This document shows positions 17,250 to 19,704 of a DNA stretch of 19,704 bases, piece by piece. The translations under genes were made by a program, and so were the position numbers. Position 1 is the first letter of the stretch; each line of letters starts with the position of its first letter. Location of the stretch: assembly GCA_046483985.1 (NCBI GenBank), contig JAWOCD010000001.1, positions 1-19,704 on the forward strand, read 5' to 3'. The notes under the pieces are model-generated. The model made no database searches. It worked only from the letters and a program-made list of their open reading frames with translations, and had not been told where the DNA came from. Source of the stretch: Promethearchaeia archaeon (GTDB lineage Archaea > Asgardarchaeota > Lokiarchaeia > Sigyniarchaeales > SOKP01).

Positions 17250-17558
17250 ATGTCAAAAAATACAATTTCGCGTACACTTAGCAAGGCAATACTGAAAGAG
17301 AAAGTTAGGATAAAACTCAAAATCTGGAACACTTATCTCGTCGGGCGCTTAAAGAAGTTCGACAATTATATGAATTTAATCGTAGAAAATGCCAAAGAGA
17401 TATATTTTGGACGAGGAGGAAAACGAAGTAAGGATTTAGGAACCGTTATGATCCGAGGTGCTTCCATTATTTTCATCGGTCAAGATCGGGAAAAAATAAT
17501 TTTCTCTGCCGAAGAAGAGAAAGAGAACGAAGTCGATTCCGACGAGCCGAAAGAGTAA
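17250..17558 (+). CDS. Sm-like (Lsm/SmAP) protein with acidic tail
   Basis: Sm1 GRLKKFDNYMNLIVENAKE and Sm2 LGTVMIRGASI. Sits directly upstream of rpl37e, the conserved archaeal linkage. Confidence 0.9.
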   Translation: MSKNTISRTLSKAILKEKVRIKLKIWNTYLVGRLKKFDNYMNLIVENAKEIYFGRGGKRSKDLGTVMIRGASIIFIGQDREKIIFSAEEEKENEVDSDEPKE

Positions 17559-17620
17559 ATTTTTTATGAAATTAGTAATTATTAAATCTATAAGAATTAA
17601 ACTTTAGAAAATGTGATTAT

Positions 17621-17821
17621 ATGGGAAAAGGAACACCCAGTAAAGGAAAAAAGAATAAGACCCCCACTCATACGGTTTGTAGACGATGTGGAAAACACGC
17701 TTTTCACCGGCAGAAAGGATACTGTGCCAGCTGTGGGTTTGGAAAAAGTAAAAAAATGCGAAATCCGAGTTGGAGCAATAGGCATCGTGCCTCCAATGGA
17801 AATAAGGAGTTTTATAAATAA
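17621..17821 (+). CDS. rpl37e: 50S ribosomal protein L37e
   Basis: [25 protein letters not shown]....CASCGFG. Confidence 0.96.
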   Translation: MGKGTPSKGKKNKTPTHTVCRRCGKHAFHRQKGYCASCGFGKSKKMRNPSWSNRHRASNGNKEFYK

Positions 17822-17939
17822 GTAAATGATCTTCTAATTTTGTAATCTTTTATTGAAAGGAATTACCATAGAATTTTATAACACTTAACTATTTAATTTA
17901 CTTAGATCAACAATAAATTTAAAAAGAATTAGACTTTCA

Positions 17940-18326
17940 ATGGAATTCAAGAATACCAGTAGAATTAACAAAGAGTTGAAGTTCCTAAACAGAATTGAGG
18001 GGGTAATTGGGAGCGCTCTGGTTGAATATAATGGAATTCTAATCGCTTCAAATTTACCCCGAGATTATAATGAACGAGATATGTTAGCCATGTCGGCAAC
18101 AATGTTTGGAGCAACGGAAAATGCCGTAGCGAATATCGGAGAATCTAAAATTTTTAGAATGATAGTGGATTTAGAAGATGAAAGCTGGTTGGTAATTAAT
18201 GCGCAAAAATACCTATTTTTGGTCATGATAAAAAGTACGGCGAATATGGGATTAATACTTATAGAAGTTGAAGAAATTATTAAAAAACTTGAGAGTCTAA
18301 AAAAGGGAAATAAAGATGTTAACTGA
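17940..18326 (+). CDS. Roadblock/LC7 domain protein
   Basis: GVIGSALVEYNGILIASNLP, AMSATMFGA and NMGLILIE. Confidence 0.88.
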   Translation: MEFKNTSRINKELKFLNRIEGVIGSALVEYNGILIASNLPRDYNERDMLAMSATMFGATENAVANIGESKIFRMIVDLEDESWLVINAQKYLFLVMIKSTANMGLILIEVEEIIKKLESLKKGNKDVN

Positions 18327-19047
18327 AAAGGAAAAGAAAAGATATTCTCGACAGATTTTGTCTTCATCTATTGGAGAAGAAGGACAAGAAAAATTGGGGA
18401 AAATTAATGTTTTACAAATAGGAGCGGGAGGATTAGGTTCGCCCTTTGCGCTCTATCTAACAGCCGCGGGGATTCAAGAGTTAAGAATTGTAGATAATGA
18501 TACCATATCCCTTTCAAATCTCCAAAGACAAATCCTCTACAGGGAAAATCAAATAGATAAAGTAAAAATTGATATTGCGAAAACGGAATTAGAAAATCTA
18601 AACTCCGAAGTGACCATTAAAACGTATCAAGATTATGTAGATGAACAATCAATCGAAAAATATATAGATGATGTTGACTTCATTGTGGATTGTAGCGATA
18701 ACTTCAAAACCAAATTTTTAGTGAATCGGACGGCGATTAAACATAATATTAAATGCGTGGTCGCAGGAATTAAGGAATTTTTCGGTCAAATAATTACCAT
18801 AAACCCAGAAGATACAGCTTGTTATGAATGTGTGTTTAGTGAACAAGATTTAGAAAAAGAGGAAAAAACAATATTACCCGTCATCGGTGCTACAGCAGGG
18901 GTTTTGGGGACTTTAGAAGCGGTTGAAGTTATAAAAACGGCATTAGGATTACCGAATCTTTATAATAAACTCCTCGTGGCAAACCTATTAGAGCACTCTT
19001 ATAATATTATCGATGTGGTAAAAAATAAGAAATGCATTTGTTGCTAG
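18316..19047 (+). CDS. ThiF/MoeB/E1-like adenylyltransferase
   Basis: RYSRQI, GAGGLG, D.ISLSNLQRQ, DCSDNF, CYEC and terminal CICC zinc ligands. Overlaps the roadblock gene by 11 bp. Confidence 0.9.
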   Translation: MLTEKEKKRYSRQILSSSIGEEGQEKLGKINVLQIGAGGLGSPFALYLTAAGIQELRIVDNDTISLSNLQRQILYRENQIDKVKIDIAKTELENLNSEVTIKTYQDYVDEQSIEKYIDDVDFIVDCSDNFKTKFLVNRTAIKHNIKCVVAGIKEFFGQIITINPEDTACYECVFSEQDLEKEEKTILPVIGATAGVLGTLEAVEVIKTALGLPNLYNKLLVANLLEHSYNIIDVVKNKKCICC

Positions 19048-19187
19048 CTCTAAAAAGAATAAAGGAGAAGAATAAACAATAAGTTCCATTCTTTTTTATT
19101 AGATCTTAGGCATATAAGGTATATTAACGAACACTCTCTATGGAGATCTTTATTGTATTGAATCACGGTCATGTAACTAAGTATATT

Positions 19188-19646
19188 TTGAACTCACACA
19201 CCCTAAAGGGCGGTGGAGTCGTGCTCCCTAATGTGCTATATACACCTTAGACAACACAGGGTGGTTCTCCACCCCGATATGATCGTCCCCGAAGGGATGG
19301 TGAATGTGAACGTATTTCTTTAAGATATTTATGCTTCTTACCATATCTCTGTCGTTTTTATAGCCGCAATTGAAACATTTGAAACTTCTGTCATTTAGTT
19401 TTACCTTAGCATTACACACAAGACAAGTCGATGAGGTATGGCGCTCATCTATTACGATTAACTTAATTCCGTATTCTTCGCACTTGTTCTGTATTTTCTT
19501 TTTGAATATATCGAAACTCCAGAAGTTCTGAATCATTTGGTTGATCTTCTCCTTATTTTTGTTACCTAAATGATGGACAGTATCACTTATAAATCTATAT
19601 GCAATTCATCCCAACCTAAAAGACGGTGCTTTCTCGCCCTCTAGTG
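19188..19646 (-). mobile_element. Internally deleted, non-autonomous IS200/IS605 element with both ends
   Basis: Minus strand: TTAC (19650-19647), then CACTAGAGGGCGAG-AAAG and a degenerate hairpin followed by GATGAATTGC (left end). Then a tnpB 3' fragment, hairpin CACCGCCC-TTTA-GGGTGTG and terminal TCAA (19191-19188, right end). Confidence 0.8.
19228..19600 (-). pseudogene. tnpB: 5'-truncated TnpB (zinc ribbon + RuvC-III)
   Basis: WSF...IDERHTSSTCLVC...FKCFNCG...DRD..SINI. The frame stays open upstream of ATG 19536 until a TGA within the left-end motif. RuvC-I and RuvC-II are absent. Confidence 0.88.
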
Positions 19647-19704
19647 GTAAAAAATAAAAGAAAAGTTAGGAAGTATTGGAATATTTTACAGAATTAGAAT
19701 GTTT

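Noticed and set aside
4653-18367. Short ORF-track calls overlapping longer genes (e.g. 4653-4877, 6232-6420, 7732-8082, 11376-11771, 15569-15820, 17613-17825, 18065-18367)
   Set aside because: Antisense or alternative-frame shadows of well-supported genes, with no recognisable motifs.
1-19704. CRISPR array, rRNA or provirus
   Set aside because: No regularly spaced repeats, rRNA-like sequence, integrase or capsid genes were seen.

Overview
AT-rich archaeal window, most likely Asgard (Lokiarchaeia-like). This is inferred from archaeal markers (Lsm-rpl37e pair, archaeal-type SepF, CCA-less tRNA-Leu) together with eukaryote-signature domains (gelsolin, longin, roadblock). Genes present: an orphan IleRS C-terminal fragment, a solitary N6-adenine methyltransferase, two tandem 7TM-longin proteins, citramalate synthase, two RDD proteins, a DedA/VTT protein, an unannotated 52-aa tail-anchored protein, a gelsolin-domain protein, tRNA-Leu(CAG), a P1B ATPase, a nitroreductase, SepF, a 2-hydroxyacyl-CoA dehydratase pair, Lsm, L37e, a roadblock protein and a ThiF/MoeB E1-like enzyme. 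There are also four IS relics: three IS200/IS605 pieces and one IS607 piece. Strongest leads: (1) an unannotated 21-codon Ile-rich leader ORF followed by a hairpin and pyrimidine tract upstream of cimA, a candidate ribosome-sensed isoleucine attenuator in an archaeon; (2) tandem 7TM-longin receptor-like fusions; (3) a stand-alone tnpB omegaRNA/right-end module homologous to an internally deleted IS605 element 15 kb away. All calls are by eye from motifs; no searches were run.
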